DNA of 64,000 bases from Basidiobolus meristosporus CBS 931.73 (Eukaryota > Fungi > Basidiobolomycota). The notes below the pieces were generated by a model that was not told where the DNA came from, made no database searches, and was given only the letters and a program-made list of their open reading frames with translations. This document shows, piece after piece, positions 10,965-23,340 of the stretch (the stretch's first letter is position 1; each line of letters starts with the position of its first letter). The DNA lies in assembly GCA_002104905.1 (NCBI GenBank), contig MCFE01000060.1:62001-126000 (forward strand). Reading direction: 5' to 3'. Position numbers and translations under genes: made by a program.

Positions 10965-13900
10965 TTTATGATCTACTTCTTGAATGTTTAAGTTAGATCA
11001 GTTTTTAGTCAAATAAACTAATTATATACTTTGCCTATCATTATATCAGTGTTATCTATCAAGTCAGTAGTATTAGTCATCAAATGAATCAGCAGATTCT
11101 TTTCAGACAAAAATAGATACAGTTAGTAGGATCTTATTGCATGATGATGATGCAATCATATGAGTCATCAGCCATAACCTACATTAGAAACTACAATTAG
11201 TCAGTAATTGAACTGGCAAAATGTAAGTAAGGAGCTACTGGAACCTCATATGAAAATCAGCTCAAGTTTTGAGGAATTTAGTACTAGCTAAACTCCTTAT
11301 TCCTCTACAACTCATATATGAAGACTTGCAACATTGGTAGCAGCAATAAGCAAAGGGATGAGTATGTGTTGGAAATTCAGGATACTTTTGAACCTTAACA
11401 CTAGCAGACACTATTGACAAGGAAGCACAAGACACAGAGACAGAGAGGAATGGTGCAAGAGTACATCAAATGCTATAGATATCTTCTTGGATAATTTGAA
11501 AGAATGAATCCCCTGGATCAAGTTGAGTACTTTATTGATGGGTTGACAGAAAGAGCTTGCAAGGAAGTGAATTATTGGAGATCTCAGACTTTTGAAGAAG
11601 CTATCAAGATTGCCTTTGACTATGACTCAGCTATGTTTAGAGTTGGGAAGCCAACAATGACTAATCAGTGAGGCTACAATCACTATGAATGAAGACAATT
11701 GGAAGCAGTGCCTATGGAAATAAAAGCTATGCAGAAGAATCTAACCTTGGAAGAATGTAAGAAAAATGTACTTTGCTTTAATTACCACCCGCAGAGATAT
11801 ATTGCAAAGTACTGCCATCAGAGAAGAAATCAACACCAGTCATAAAGAACCTTCAGCCATATTGAAGCCCTTGAGCATAGCAACATGGATGATGAATCTG
11901 AAGAAGACTCAGAACTTGCCTTTCAAGCAATAGAAGAATAGCTATCCCAAATGACCTCAAACTCAGGAAAGCTATTATTCTTGAATGGAGTAATTAATGG
12001 AGTACCTACCAAAATCATAATTAACTAAGGAGAATTATATGAGTATATGACAAAGCAATTTGCTTTGAAAGCTGGAATCAACTTGGAACCCACTAAATTA
12101 ACTTCAGTCTCAACAGCAAATGGGAACTCTCAAATAATCAACTGTATTACTCAGCCAGTAAGAATGAAGATCAATGACTATGAAGAAGACTACAGACCTT
12201 TATATTTGGGGACTGCAAGTTTGATCTTGTATTTGGAAAAACCTGGCTATTTTGGTGTAATCCATCAATCAACCGGAGAACCCAGGCTACTCAGATCTAG
12301 AAGGACAACAAGACCTATGAGCTAATACCTGCTAGACAGATTTCAGCTTGGTCATTTCCAGTGTGATTGCAACAAATGAACTTAGTAAGACACAGCTCTG
12401 TAGAGCACTGGGAAAAGGAATCCAGGTGTTCCTTATGATGGTATTACAGGAGGACTCCTCAATGGCAGCACCCCAGAAGGTCCAGACTATTTTGAAAGAA
12501 TTTTCAGATGTGTATCCAGATGTACTTGTAAGCCTACCCCCATTCAGAGATGTGGATTATGCCATTGGCACAGGGGATAGCCCCCCAGTGAGTAAGAAAC
12601 CTTATAGAATGAGTTTATTGGAGTTTTAAGAGATTAAGATACAGATAAATTAGTTATTAGAGCAAAGATATACCTGCTGAAATATAGGACTATTTGGTGT
12701 CATTCAGCAGCTAAAAATGCACTCAACAATTCCAGACTAGTCTTGGTCACTGTAGAACTGATTTACATCCCCAACTCTGCTGGTTTCTTCAGATATATGA
12801 TCCTATGATTATTCCGCTATATTCAAGAGCATATTAACACTTTTAATCAAGCATTATGTACTAGCCCTGAAACTGTGACAGAATGCTCCTTAATGTTAAG
12901 CCCTTCTTACTTGGCGTTACAGTGGTGTTATTTCTAAGAGGTACAGATACCAAGCCACTTTATGAATAAACAACATTTCAACTATTATCAGTATTTATTG
13001 ATAAGTTCCTTATATCCAAATCACTTCTTATATTTCAGCAGTAACAGACCCAGCAAGTAACCTTAGGGAGAACCGGTACTTTCTGTGAAAAAGAAGGATG
13101 GAACACTTGGGATGTGCATTGACTACAAGGCCCTCAACTAATTACTAGAAAGAATATGTACCCCATACCTTAGATTGATGAACTTTTGGGCCAACTCAAT
13201 GGTGCTACAATATTCAGCAAGATTGACCTCATGTCAGGATACAACCAGATTAGGGTGAAACCCAATGACATCCCTAAGACAGCATTCAGGACCAGATATG
13301 GACATTACAAGCATTTAGTCATGAGTTTTGGCCTTACTAATGCCCCTACAACATTCATGACCTTGATGCAAACAGTTGCCTGGGAATACTTAAACAAGTT
13401 AGTGGTAATCTACCTAGATAGCATTTTGATTTGCAGCAAGACAAAAGAGGAACACTTAGTGCACATTGAGAAGGTCTTGGGGAAGCTAAGAGAGAACAAG
13501 CTGCACAGCAAGCTGGCAAGGTGTAAATTACTGAAGGAACCTGTTGAATACCTGAGACACATAGTGACTGACACAGGAGTGACTTTAGACCCTGAGAAGG
13601 TTGAAGTTATCAAGAATCAGAAGCAGCTCCATAGCATATTGAAACTCAGATCATTCCTTGGAATTGTTTCCTATTATTGGAGATTTGCCAAGTTCTTTGC
13701 AAGTATTGCAGCCCCTTTGACTGATATTCTTATGAAAGATAACATCATCAAGTGGGGCATGGCCTGTGAGACTGCCTCTCAGATGCTCAAGAATGAACTT
13801 GCTAAGCTGCCAAGCTTAAAAATCCCAGACTTCAGAAAAGAGTTTCCTCTGTGCACAGATGCTTCAGACTATGCAATTGGTGGAATACTGAGCCAAGAAC

Positions 13901-14400
13901 ATGAGGGAAAGGGCTACCTAGTTGCTTTTGAGTCCAAGAAACTGAACTTGGCAGAACAGAACTATCCAGTGCCTGTGAAGGAGATGCTTGCCATAATACA
14001 CTGCTTGAAGACCTGGAGATGCTACATTGAAGAAGTCAAGTGCACAGTGAAGATTAATCATGCCTCACTCAAGTACCTATTTATTCAGAAAATTCTATCC
14101 AGAAGAATGACAAGATGGAGTGAATAAATTCAGCAATTTAGCTTGGGGATTGTCTACTGCACTGGGAGAAACAACATGGTTGCTGATGCCTTCTCAAGAT
14201 TAGAACAAGCTACACATCTCAGCTTGGTGCATGAAACAGATGGGCACAGCTATTACCAAAGTGCCTGAAAGACCAAGCAATTCCTATGAGGTGAATGAAG
14301 AGATCAAGAAGATAATCCTGGATGAAGTAAGAGCATTTATAGTACAGGATGAAACACTCTACCAAAATGTTGATGGAAGCCATATTGCCTATTGCTCTTT
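10965..14400 (+). pseudogene. pol: Decayed Ty3/gypsy element family K (gag, PR, RT, RNase H)
   Basis: KKKDGTLGMCIDYKALN, FSKIDLMSGYNQIRV, KTAFRTRYGHY, MSFGLTNAP, LCTDASDYAIGGILSQ, KEMLAIIHCLKTWRCY. The gag segment recurs at 61700-61960 and 62900-63210. Confidence 0.85.
12675..13040 (+). repeat. Solo LTR copia family B inserted at the start of gypsy RT
   Basis: Aligns end to end with 4602-4971; splits the (G)YIRPS.SP.G.PV motif; TSD degenerate (ATACC/GTAAC). Confidence 0.8.
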
Positions 14401-14559
14401 TGTTGCTTGCCTGGCTTTAGTACATACACCACATAATGGATATGAACATTTTGCCAAGACACTGCCTAAACATGGTCAGCTTGATACTTTATTTAGCAGT
14501 AAAACTAACAAATCCCATCATGATTCTGCTATAGCATTGCATAGAGGGTCACAACTCTG

Positions 14560-15390
14560 AGCTGCTAACATTGTAATGGCCTCATTGCTGGATTCTAATG
14601 GCTGATTCTGACTGCACCTGCATGACCAAATTAATTTTATAGCATATTGTAAAGGAGCAATAGTATAAAATTTACAAAAGCAATCAGCCATAGCATTTTC
14701 CACAATGGAGGCTGAGATTATTGAAGCCTGTGAAGCAACCAAAGAAGTGATGCGGAAAGAGGCTTTTCAAAGACTCAAGTCAAACAGCTCTTACCATTTT
14801 ACTTGCTGATAATCATGGATATATATAGTTAGGTTGAAATCCATTTTTTCATGTAAGAATTAAGCATATAGATATAGAATGTCATCTCATACATGAAGCC
14901 ACAGATAACTACTTAGTTATCCTAGTTTCTTTCCCATCTATGAAGTAATTGCAGGTATATTGACCAAACCATCAACTAGTGACAAACTTGAATATCTTGC
15001 ATCACAATTAGGATTAGCACACATATGTGTTGAGTTGACTGGGAGTGTTGCAAAAGCTTGTAATTCCACCTAAATAGTCACCAAACTAAGTCACTTAGAT
15101 TAATATCTATAAATACTAGAGAATACTGATAAAATTTGTTGTCTGAACTTATCTGGAATATTTTCACCACAACATCAAGTACACAGCATATGAAAGCTCT
15201 GAGGGTGGTGCAAACAGCTCTATGCGTTGCCCATATGCTCTTTGGACCTTTCTTAGCATTTCCATTGTGCTTGCTCATCCATGAACTTGCATAAGTATAA
15301 ATAATACTATACACTCAAAATTTGTAAGTGAGAGTCATAGAATGTATCCATTCCTTCAATCCCTTCTGATATCTCCAAAGCTCTTACAGC
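14560..15390 (+). mobile_element. copia family C 3' end: decayed RNase H, PPT, 3' LTR (15046-~15390)
   Basis: CKGAI..., STMEAEIIEACEATKE, KHIDI, ILTKP remnants; PPT GTTGACTGGGAG; LTR aligns with 25367-25714. Confidence 0.75.
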
Positions 15391-15832
15391 GGAGTCTGAT
15401 AAGGCAGGTCTTAAGAGCATGTTTGCAAAGTTTTGGGCTATTTGAGCAAATTTGAGTAATCTATGTCTTAAGAACCTCATATTCTGATAAAAATACTCAA
15501 GTGACTCATAGCAAAGAATATGGTCAGAACTCTCTGAGATTGTAGATAATGATATTAGTGACTGCATTTGGTGAGTGTTTGGTTTCAAATACAAACTTCT
15601 GTTATATTGACAAGCAAATACCACAAAATGTATTTGTCCTCCTAGGTACTGCCAATCCTGCAAGAGCTCTGAGAACACCTTTGGGATTTAGAAGCAAATG
15701 TGCATGATATGTCATGTAAGGTAATGTTGGGCTTGATACAGTAAGCAACAATTTTTCTGATTGAACAACTATATCAAAGCATGTCATGTATCTCCTAGGT
15801 GCAAGCTAATCAATAGTTTTTGGTGGGGAATT

Positions 15833-16181
15833 TATTACACTATTCTAAGGAGTATTGGAAATGATGTGGAGAACAAGATCATTTACTTGTTATTCATTTG
15901 TAGATTTGTTGATTCACAATATAGTATTCATACTTTTGATAAAGAAATGCAAGCAGATAAGCATTGATTGCTAAAGAAGGTCCAAAGAATATGTGTCCCA
16001 ATTTTGGGATCATTGGGACAAACCTGAGTAAGGTCATAATTTGGGTACCTGGTTCTTTGGTAAAAATATTCCAAGCAAATGCTTACCAGAAGTTTGATCA
16101 GGAAAGAGTGCTAATCCTAAAGTATGATCTATGTGACTAAGTTAACATGAATATCAAGGTGACAGCTTAATAACTACAACA
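15833..16181 (-). repeat. Old solo LTR family A (349 bp)
   Basis: Aligns with 27870-28218 (GGAGTATTGGAA.TGATGTGGAGAAC, GATCTATGTGACTAAGTTA) and has the same length. Confidence 0.7.
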
Positions 16182-16199
16182 GGACTGACATGTTAATTG

Positions 16200-17260
16200 C
16201 TGTAAAGGTTTTGGAGAGATTAGAAGAGATTGAGAAAACTAGTAAATTGTGTGTTTCTTATTAAATGATTTACTGAATATTCAAGTAGCAAATATACAGT
16301 ACATGGTACTGGCAGAATGAACATATGCTGAGGAAGGTCCTAAGATCATGTGTGCAAAGTGTGGGACTGCTTAAACAACATTGAGATTTTCAAGTTCTGG
16401 GTACCTCCTATTTTGATGAAATATTCCAATCATATCCAAGCAAGGAACTTGGACACAGTTCTCTAAGACTTCTAGACTATGATCCAAGCAACAAATTCAT
16501 ACTAATATCCAAGCATAAACACAAATCACAACAAAAAAGAGGGGATTGGACTTCCATGTGGAACCAGAATCCAGTAAGGAGGTGGGATATATTATCCAAG
16601 TACTGTGATATCTTTTGGTAGAAGTCAAGTGGTATTTATGGCAAAGGTGGTGGCAACCAAGCACACATTTACAAGAGGTATATGTAACCTGCAATTCAAG
16701 GCATATAGTAGCTTCACAAGTCTTCGATTGAAAAGTTATGAAGCAATGGCGGTGGAGTTGTAGCAATTGTAGTGGGTGTGCACATTTGTTGGGGTTAATA
16801 AGTAGGGGGCCATAGTATTTTTTGTAAAACTCTTTTGGGGATCCTGACACTTGATCCAGATGAGATCTACCATTGGAACTAGCTTACATTTGTTGGGCAT
16901 TTAAGTGGCTGATTAATGGCAGATATTTTTCACCTTTTCCAACATATATTATAAAATATATGGTTGCTTACCCAAATATTCACTTGACCTAGCCAGATCA
17001 AAGTGTGCAAGTCTTCCTGACTTCTAGCCAAATTTCTGGTTAGGATGTACTTTGTGTTGTAAGAGTTGTATATATATTGGAAGTGATTGGGAGAATAAGT
17101 TTATTATCTAGTTTTCACTTAATGATTTATTAAATGTAAAAGTTGTATTTATACCTTTGTATGGGATAGCATAATAATCACTAAAATAGGTCTAGGAAGG
17201 TCCCAAGAGCATGTGTGCAGAGCTTGGGGCTGTTTGGACAACTTGGAGAGTTTTCATTTA
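16200..17260 (-). repeat. Cluster of A/C LTR fragments and eroded retroelement sequence
   Basis: Repeated GGAAGGTCC.AAGA.CATGTGTGCA.AG..TGGG motif near 16330 and 17195; LLDSGST-like remnant near 16560. Confidence 0.5.
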
Positions 17261-17399
17261 GCTAAAAATCCGCTTAACTGCTGCAATATGATTAGATCCA
17301 TGATTCTGATTATGCTAGCTGACAACTCCCACTAAACATAAGATATCTGGAAGGGCTCCAAGCATGCTATACAGCAGACTGCTGACCATAGATCAGTAA

Positions 17400-17945
17400 G
17401 AAAAGTTAGGGCTTTCTATTGGCACTAAGCTTTCTTGATTTGGCTGGGTTTTGACCAAGTTAGGGTTTGTCTCCATTGGTGTAGCTGCCAGCTTACAGTC
17501 TTTTGTTAGATACTTCTTTGGCATATTTTAAATATACTTGGATTGGCAAAGGGTGATAGTCTTGATACTTCTGTCATTGGAGAACTTTATCCCTAAGTAG
17601 TAACTGAGTTCTCCTAGATTGGACATCTTGAACTCTTTAAATAGGTTGGATTTAGTCTCTTCCAATGCTGCTAGGTTATTGCTGGCTGTGATAAGATCAT
17701 CAACATGTAGAGCTAATAAAGCTGGATTTGCTCTATGTGGCTTATAGTATATACTATTGTCAGCATTACTCCTATTGAAATTCAAAGATTCCAAATAAAA
17801 ACCTAGACTTTTTAAGCTTGCAGACTAAATGGGGGTTATCTTGGTCAACAAACCCATTAGACTGGTCCATTTACATGTCCTTATCAAGTCCTTCATTCAA
17901 AGTGCAGCCTCTACATCCATTTGATGAATAAAATACTTCATAGCA
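17400..17945 (-). pseudogene. pol: copia family C RT fragment
   Basis: HQMDVEAA, ALLALHVDDLITASNN, FKMSNLGELSYYLGIKF; paralog of 24330-24600. Confidence 0.8.
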
Positions 17946-19611
17946 TTTTAGTGTGATACCTACAAGGTTGCCATATACCTTGTAATGCTGGTAATATATA
18001 CATCTTGCAAACATATGCTTGGTTGGTGCCACTTCTGCCATGTATAACTCCTGAATATCCGCAAAGAACTTCTTGGTATTTAGCCAATAGATTCCTTCTC
18101 CCTGCTGGATTCTAGTCCCCCTTATAGGTGCGCTCTGGCTTTTGTTTGTGTGAATTCTGCATTGAGTGGTGTAAAAGTGGGCTTGTGACCACAAGAAATC
18201 TGGCATATCTTGGTTGAGTTTTCTTGATAAATATTAGTTGCTTGTTGCACCCAACCCAAGTTTGCTTTACTTAACTGATTAACCACGCATTGGGGCTGCT
18301 TAGCTTCTTAATGCCATAGGCATAGGTGTCTCCATGTGAACATTTGTCCTCAGTATTTTCCAACTCTTTCTAGCTGTCCTCCATGTGCCAACTCATCACA
18401 TCCATGGCAGATTTGAAGGTAATATTCTTGATGAGATTGGGATATGGTAGTACCTGCAGCATGATATGTCTTCCTATCTCCCCACACATTTGCTCCATAG
18501 GAAACTCCCAAAAGGTGATGCAAGGCCCAATATTCTCCACACACTGTGCAAGATGGAGTAGAGAATGGATACAGTAGTAGCAGAGATCTATGCATTCAGC
18601 TTTATGTTTGTAGTATAGCCGCTCAAATCCTGTTACAAACTCCTCACACAACAGCTGTAGATGTGTCAAGTTGGCATTGGTGATCTGCTTCTGGATAAAT
18701 ATTCTTACAATAGACTTGTTCCATTGGATGGTGCCACACTGAGCCATGAGTGCCAAATAGTGCCATTGAGTGCCAGAGAGGCATAGTAGACCTAAACTTG
18801 GCCCCAGAGTGTGAAACATAACTCTGCATCTTCACGCAAAGCAGCCCCTGTGTTTCACCTATTGTGTTGGAGAAAATCCATTTTTTGACCTTTTTTTTTG
18901 GATCTATGTTGTGCATGGTGTGTAAGAGCACAGAATAATTGAAGACATGCACCTGGTACTCAATACCAATGGCACTCTGAAACTAGCTCCTGTTGCTTGT
19001 ATCATGTCACAAAAATGTATGGCACTATCTTGGTCCTCTGGTACCATCTGGCACTATATTTAAATATTAGCCCTAAAGTAAGACATATACAAAGCACTTA
19101 TAGTGCCAGATGGTACCAGTGGACCAAGATAGTGCCATTCATTTTTATGACATGATACAAGCAACAGGAGCTAGTTTCAGAGTGCCATGGATATTGAGTA
19201 CCTGGTGCATGTCTTCAGCACTCCTGTGCTCTTACACATCCTGCGCAATATTGATCCAAAAAAAAAGGTCAAAAAATGGATCTTCTCCAACACAATGTGT
19301 GAAACACAGGGGCTGCTTTGCATGAAGATGAAGAGCTATGTTTCACACTCTGTGGCCAAGTTTAGGCTCACATGGCCTCCCTGGCACACTATTGCATCAT
19401 TTGGCACTCATGGCTCAATGTGGCACTATCCAACGGAACAAGTCTAATGTTCACATATGACTCCCAATGCTTCCAATGTACTCTTGGTAGGAATGGCTTC
19501 AGAACACCACTTGAATAAATACATATCCAGTTCATCCAGTCTTTGCATTTGTATTGTTGCATATGCGTATGAATATTAATTGGAGCCCATCAGAAGTACT
19601 TGAGGTAGCAG
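17945..19611 (-). pseudogene. CACTA/En-Spm (Tnp2) transposase C-terminal part, split by the foldback element
   Basis: KCKDWMNWICIYS, EEFVTGFERLYY, IHSLLHLAQCVENIGPCITFWEFPMEQMCGEIG, LPYPNL match the fungal Tnp2 HL..GP..W.F.MER..G pattern. Confidence 0.8.
18712..19445. mobile_element. Foldback-type non-autonomous element (734 bp; ~347-bp inverted arms, ~40-bp spacer)
   Basis: Arms ~18712-19058 and ~19099-19445 are reverse complements. Ends AGACTTGTTCC...GGAACAAGTCT. 3-bp TSD AAT (18709-18711, 19446-19448), confirmed against the uninterrupted paralog near 31290. Confidence 0.9.
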
Positions 19612-19881
19612 ATAATCCTAACATATTAATCATATATCTCTTAACATCTAAATCCTATCTCTCTTTCCTTCTTAAAAATACTTTTCTTTCTTGCACAAAT
19701 TTTTCTCTCCTATAATACTTTTTAAATCTTATCTCCCCCCATACTTGTGCTATCTCTCTCCCCTTTAATCTCTATTTTCCAACAGAAAAGATACAATAAT
19801 CCTATTCACATGCATCTCACTTAATTGTATTCTAAGCCTTCCGTGACTCTTGTCCTTATATGTTAACATAAATATAACCGC

Positions 19882-20685
19882 TGTGGTAGGGTAAACATAC
19901 CTCCCACAGACAAGTTTATTCATACAGTCATTATGATATACTTATCCATATTTTATCTTATCAGTATTATCCCATTCTTCTTTTGCCCATATTATCAGTA
20001 TTATCCCCATATTATGTTTACCCTGATTAGTTATTAGCATTAGTTATCCCAGATGTTATTCAGCTTTGTGATCAGTAGATGTATCTATATAAGGCAAGTA
20101 CCCGTGTCAGTACCCGTGACACATGACCTAGGTCTGTGTTACCATCCCTACCATTTCAATACCATATATGGTATTTCTATGTTGCACAGGTTTCAGACTA
20201 CTGATTCCTGATTGGTTGAGAGTGCTGTGCCTTTTAGAACCTTCCAGGACATTCTTGGCATATTTTTAGCTCATAGTGATGTCATCAAGAATTCCACTGA
20301 TACCTAGAATCTTCTAGAACCTTGTCATTAGTAATCACTTGGCAATCAGGAAAAGTATTTAACAGAAAGCAATCCCTCATCAATAAATCATCCCTTCTAT
20401 CAGTAACACTTCTACCTTATTGATTAGCAGTTGATCACTGCACATGCCTTCAGCAGTACATCTAAGACCTGCCATCAAGGAGCTTTTCAGGGTAGTGCAC
20501 AAGACACACAGAGGCCTTTGGAGACACTTGGAGCACCTAGGAATCCAGAGAAGCAGGAGCTTTTACCATAGTGACATATTGACAAAGACACCAGCAGTTT
20601 AGACACAGAGGTTATTGCACCCATCAGACACCTCACACACCTTGAGTTGTGTAGCTTCTCCCAGGAGTACCTCTACACCACCACA
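19882..20685 (+). repeat. Solo LTR family E (804 bp)
   Basis: TGTGGTAGG...CACCACCACA with a perfect 4-bp TSD CCGC. Confidence 0.9.
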
Positions 20686-21048
20686 CCGCCAGTCTTGTAA
20701 TAGCATTCCCTACCTCACACACATCTACCTGCTTCTGATTTGTATACACCACACTATAAATTGTTGCATCATTCAACTGAATTAATCTTGTATACAACAA
20801 CAACTTATCATCCAAATCCAAAATTGTTACCTTTATGTTTGATATGCTTATCCCTGACTCCTCTGATACCCTGGTTGATATCTTACCCAATACATTATCA
20901 AAAGACTAAGTTTTTTGTGAAATCTGGGGTGCAATTATTTTTCAACGGTCTCTGAACTGTGTCTTGACAAGATCAGTACCTCTTAGTCATGGGACTTTCA
21001 CTTTGTGACAACCTTTTGACAGGATCATCTCAGTAATTTTTCATAGGG

Positions 21049-22036
21049 TTAGTTTTATCCCATTTGTCTTACCTAATTAGTACTATCCTATAAGCTGGTT
21101 GACTATCACACCTGCTCATCTTATTGCATAGGTTATCCCTCACTTTATGTAAGATCACTAGCAGCAAGTGCCACTATATTAGGCAAGTACCTGTGTTAGT
21201 ACCTGTGATTCCTGATCAACCTGTGTCACCATCCCTACCATTTCTATATCATATATGGTATCCCTATGTTACACAGGTTTCAGGGTACTGATTCCTGATT
21301 GGTTGGATGTGCTGTGCCTCTCAGAACCTTCCAGCACCTACTTAGAACATTCCTAGGTCATTCTGATGTCATTATAACTTCTATTGATATCCAGAACCTT
21401 CTAGAACAATATGTTTAGTAATCACTTTGCCAGTAAGAAAAGTATATAAGGGAGGCTATCCCTCAACAATAAATCATCATCCCTTTTATCAATATACCAA
21501 CTTTTTGATTAGTGTGACTACTGCTACCTGCTGCTACCTGAACTTCCAACCCCAGACCATAGGACACTCCCAGGAAACCATGCTGACAGGCTATTGACCT
21601 TGGAGGCACTACTTGTGAGGAATACTCAAAGTAGGTATCTTTTATTATATTTGATTCTTTCCCAAGTTTGTTCTTGTACAGGCAAAAATACTTTTCTGTC
21701 TTTGTAACTATTGACAACAGCTGAATTCTTATCAAGTCTCTGCTGGTGGAGTTTACAGTTGTTTTTACTTTGGAAGCTTTGGTAAATTGTCATCTCAAAG
21801 GATGTTGAACCCAGCACATACTTTTGTTAAGATGCCAGCTAAGTTGGGGATTGTAGCTCAATAGCTTTCCCTTAACAAGCTTGTGGCTTTATACCCCATC
21901 ACATTAGATTAGAGACAGAACCCAAGTATTCCTAGCAAACTTTTGCCAGAGGTTTTTACACCCAGTGAACACCCCACACACCAAACACTAGAGTAGTGTT
22001 GAATATATCTCTCCCTTGGACTTATGCACCACCACA
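21049..22036 (+). repeat. 5'-truncated LTR family D
   Basis: Reverse complement of 9036-10040; ends CACCACCACA. Confidence 0.85.
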
Positions 22037-23340
22037 CTGGTGCTAAATTAACTATCAGGAAGACAACTGGACCCAACTGCTACCATTTGCAGAATTGGCG
22101 TACAACAACTCATGTCATAGTGCAACAGGTCTCACTCCATTCTATGCAAATTATGGTTTTCATCTGCAATTTGATATTCAGATCCCAACCAACCCTATGA
22201 GCCCCCCAACATCTGAACATGTGTCAACAATTCTAGAAATCTAAGAAGCACTGAAGAAAGAACTATCCTTAGTCCATGAGGAGTACAAGAAGTTTGCAGA
22301 CAACAATTGGCAGCCTAGCCCCAAGCTTAATGAAGAGATTCAGTATGGCTCTTGAGAAGAAACATTGCTACCAGCCACCCTTGTGACAATCTAGACTACA
22401 AGAAACTAGGTCCATTCAAGATTAAGAAGAAACTTAGTCCAATTGTGTACCAGCTACAGTTGCCACCAAGTATGAAAATTCATGACACATTCCATTTATA
22501 CCTCCTAGAACCATTCCATGAAAGTACTCTACCCAACTGGCACCCAGTAGATCTCCCAGCCATCCAAGTGGACAAACACCAAGAGTTTGAAGTTCAGCAA
22601 GTGTTGGATTAAAGTACATCAGATCCCTATTTCACTCTCTGGTAGATTGGGTGGGTTACAGCCCAAATGATCAAACTTGGGAACCTGCAGCAAACCTAAC
22701 AAACTGCCAAGATCTAGTTGTGCTATTTCACCAGACATACCCTAACAAACCAAAGCCAAAAACTTGAGGAGAGCCCCTCAAATGAGGAGAATACTGCCTT
22801 GATCATATGACATCCCAGGTTTCCAATTATCTAGCCAAATCAAGTCACTGAAGAAATCCCAGCTCCTTCTAGAATGTTCTACTACATTCTAGCAACTTCT
22901 TGAAAGCTTCAAGTTGACGTTACACAATGGAACATTCTATAAAAGCTTCCCACCAGAATTTATGCAGTCTCATGCCATAAATGGTAACTACATGTCACAT
23001 GAGCTAGTCACATGATCAGCTGACTCCTGAGACATCTCCATGTGATATTCCAGTCTATTTGTTAGTATATTTCATCTTAGCACACTTACTGTGCCTAACC
23101 CCAGAACCCCATCAGTATTAGCCAATATATCTTGGCATCCATATTGCCAAAAAGTATATATGGTCTTATCCCCCCTTATGTATTCCTCAGTCTGATAAAC
23201 ACAGGTCTTGACTAAACAGCCTTGCCTTGAAAATCCGCCTTGCCTTGGAAACACACCTTGCCTTGTTGATCTACACCTAAGTCCTTTCCTGGTCCTGCCT
23301 TGCCTAGCCCCACTCTCCTGCCTTGTTTCTATTCATAATA
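22037..23340 (+). mobile_element. pol: Chromovirus 3' end: integrase C-terminus, chromodomain, PPT, 3' LTR (22795-23340)
   Basis: NYQEDNWTQLLPFAELAYNNS, KLGPFKI, IHDTFHL.LLEP, FEVQQVLD, DWVGYSPNDQTWEPAANL. The LTR is related to J (CAGTCTGATAAACACAGGTCTTG, CTATTCATAA). Confidence 0.85.

Noticed and set aside
18644-19447. ORFs 18644-18952 and 19187-19447 encoding similar peptides
   Set aside because: They are mirror translations of the two arms of a non-coding foldback element.
22037-22045. TGGTGC after the D LTR as a tRNA PBS
   Set aside because: The sequence reads directly as chromovirus integrase (RC..NYQEDNW), so it is target DNA.
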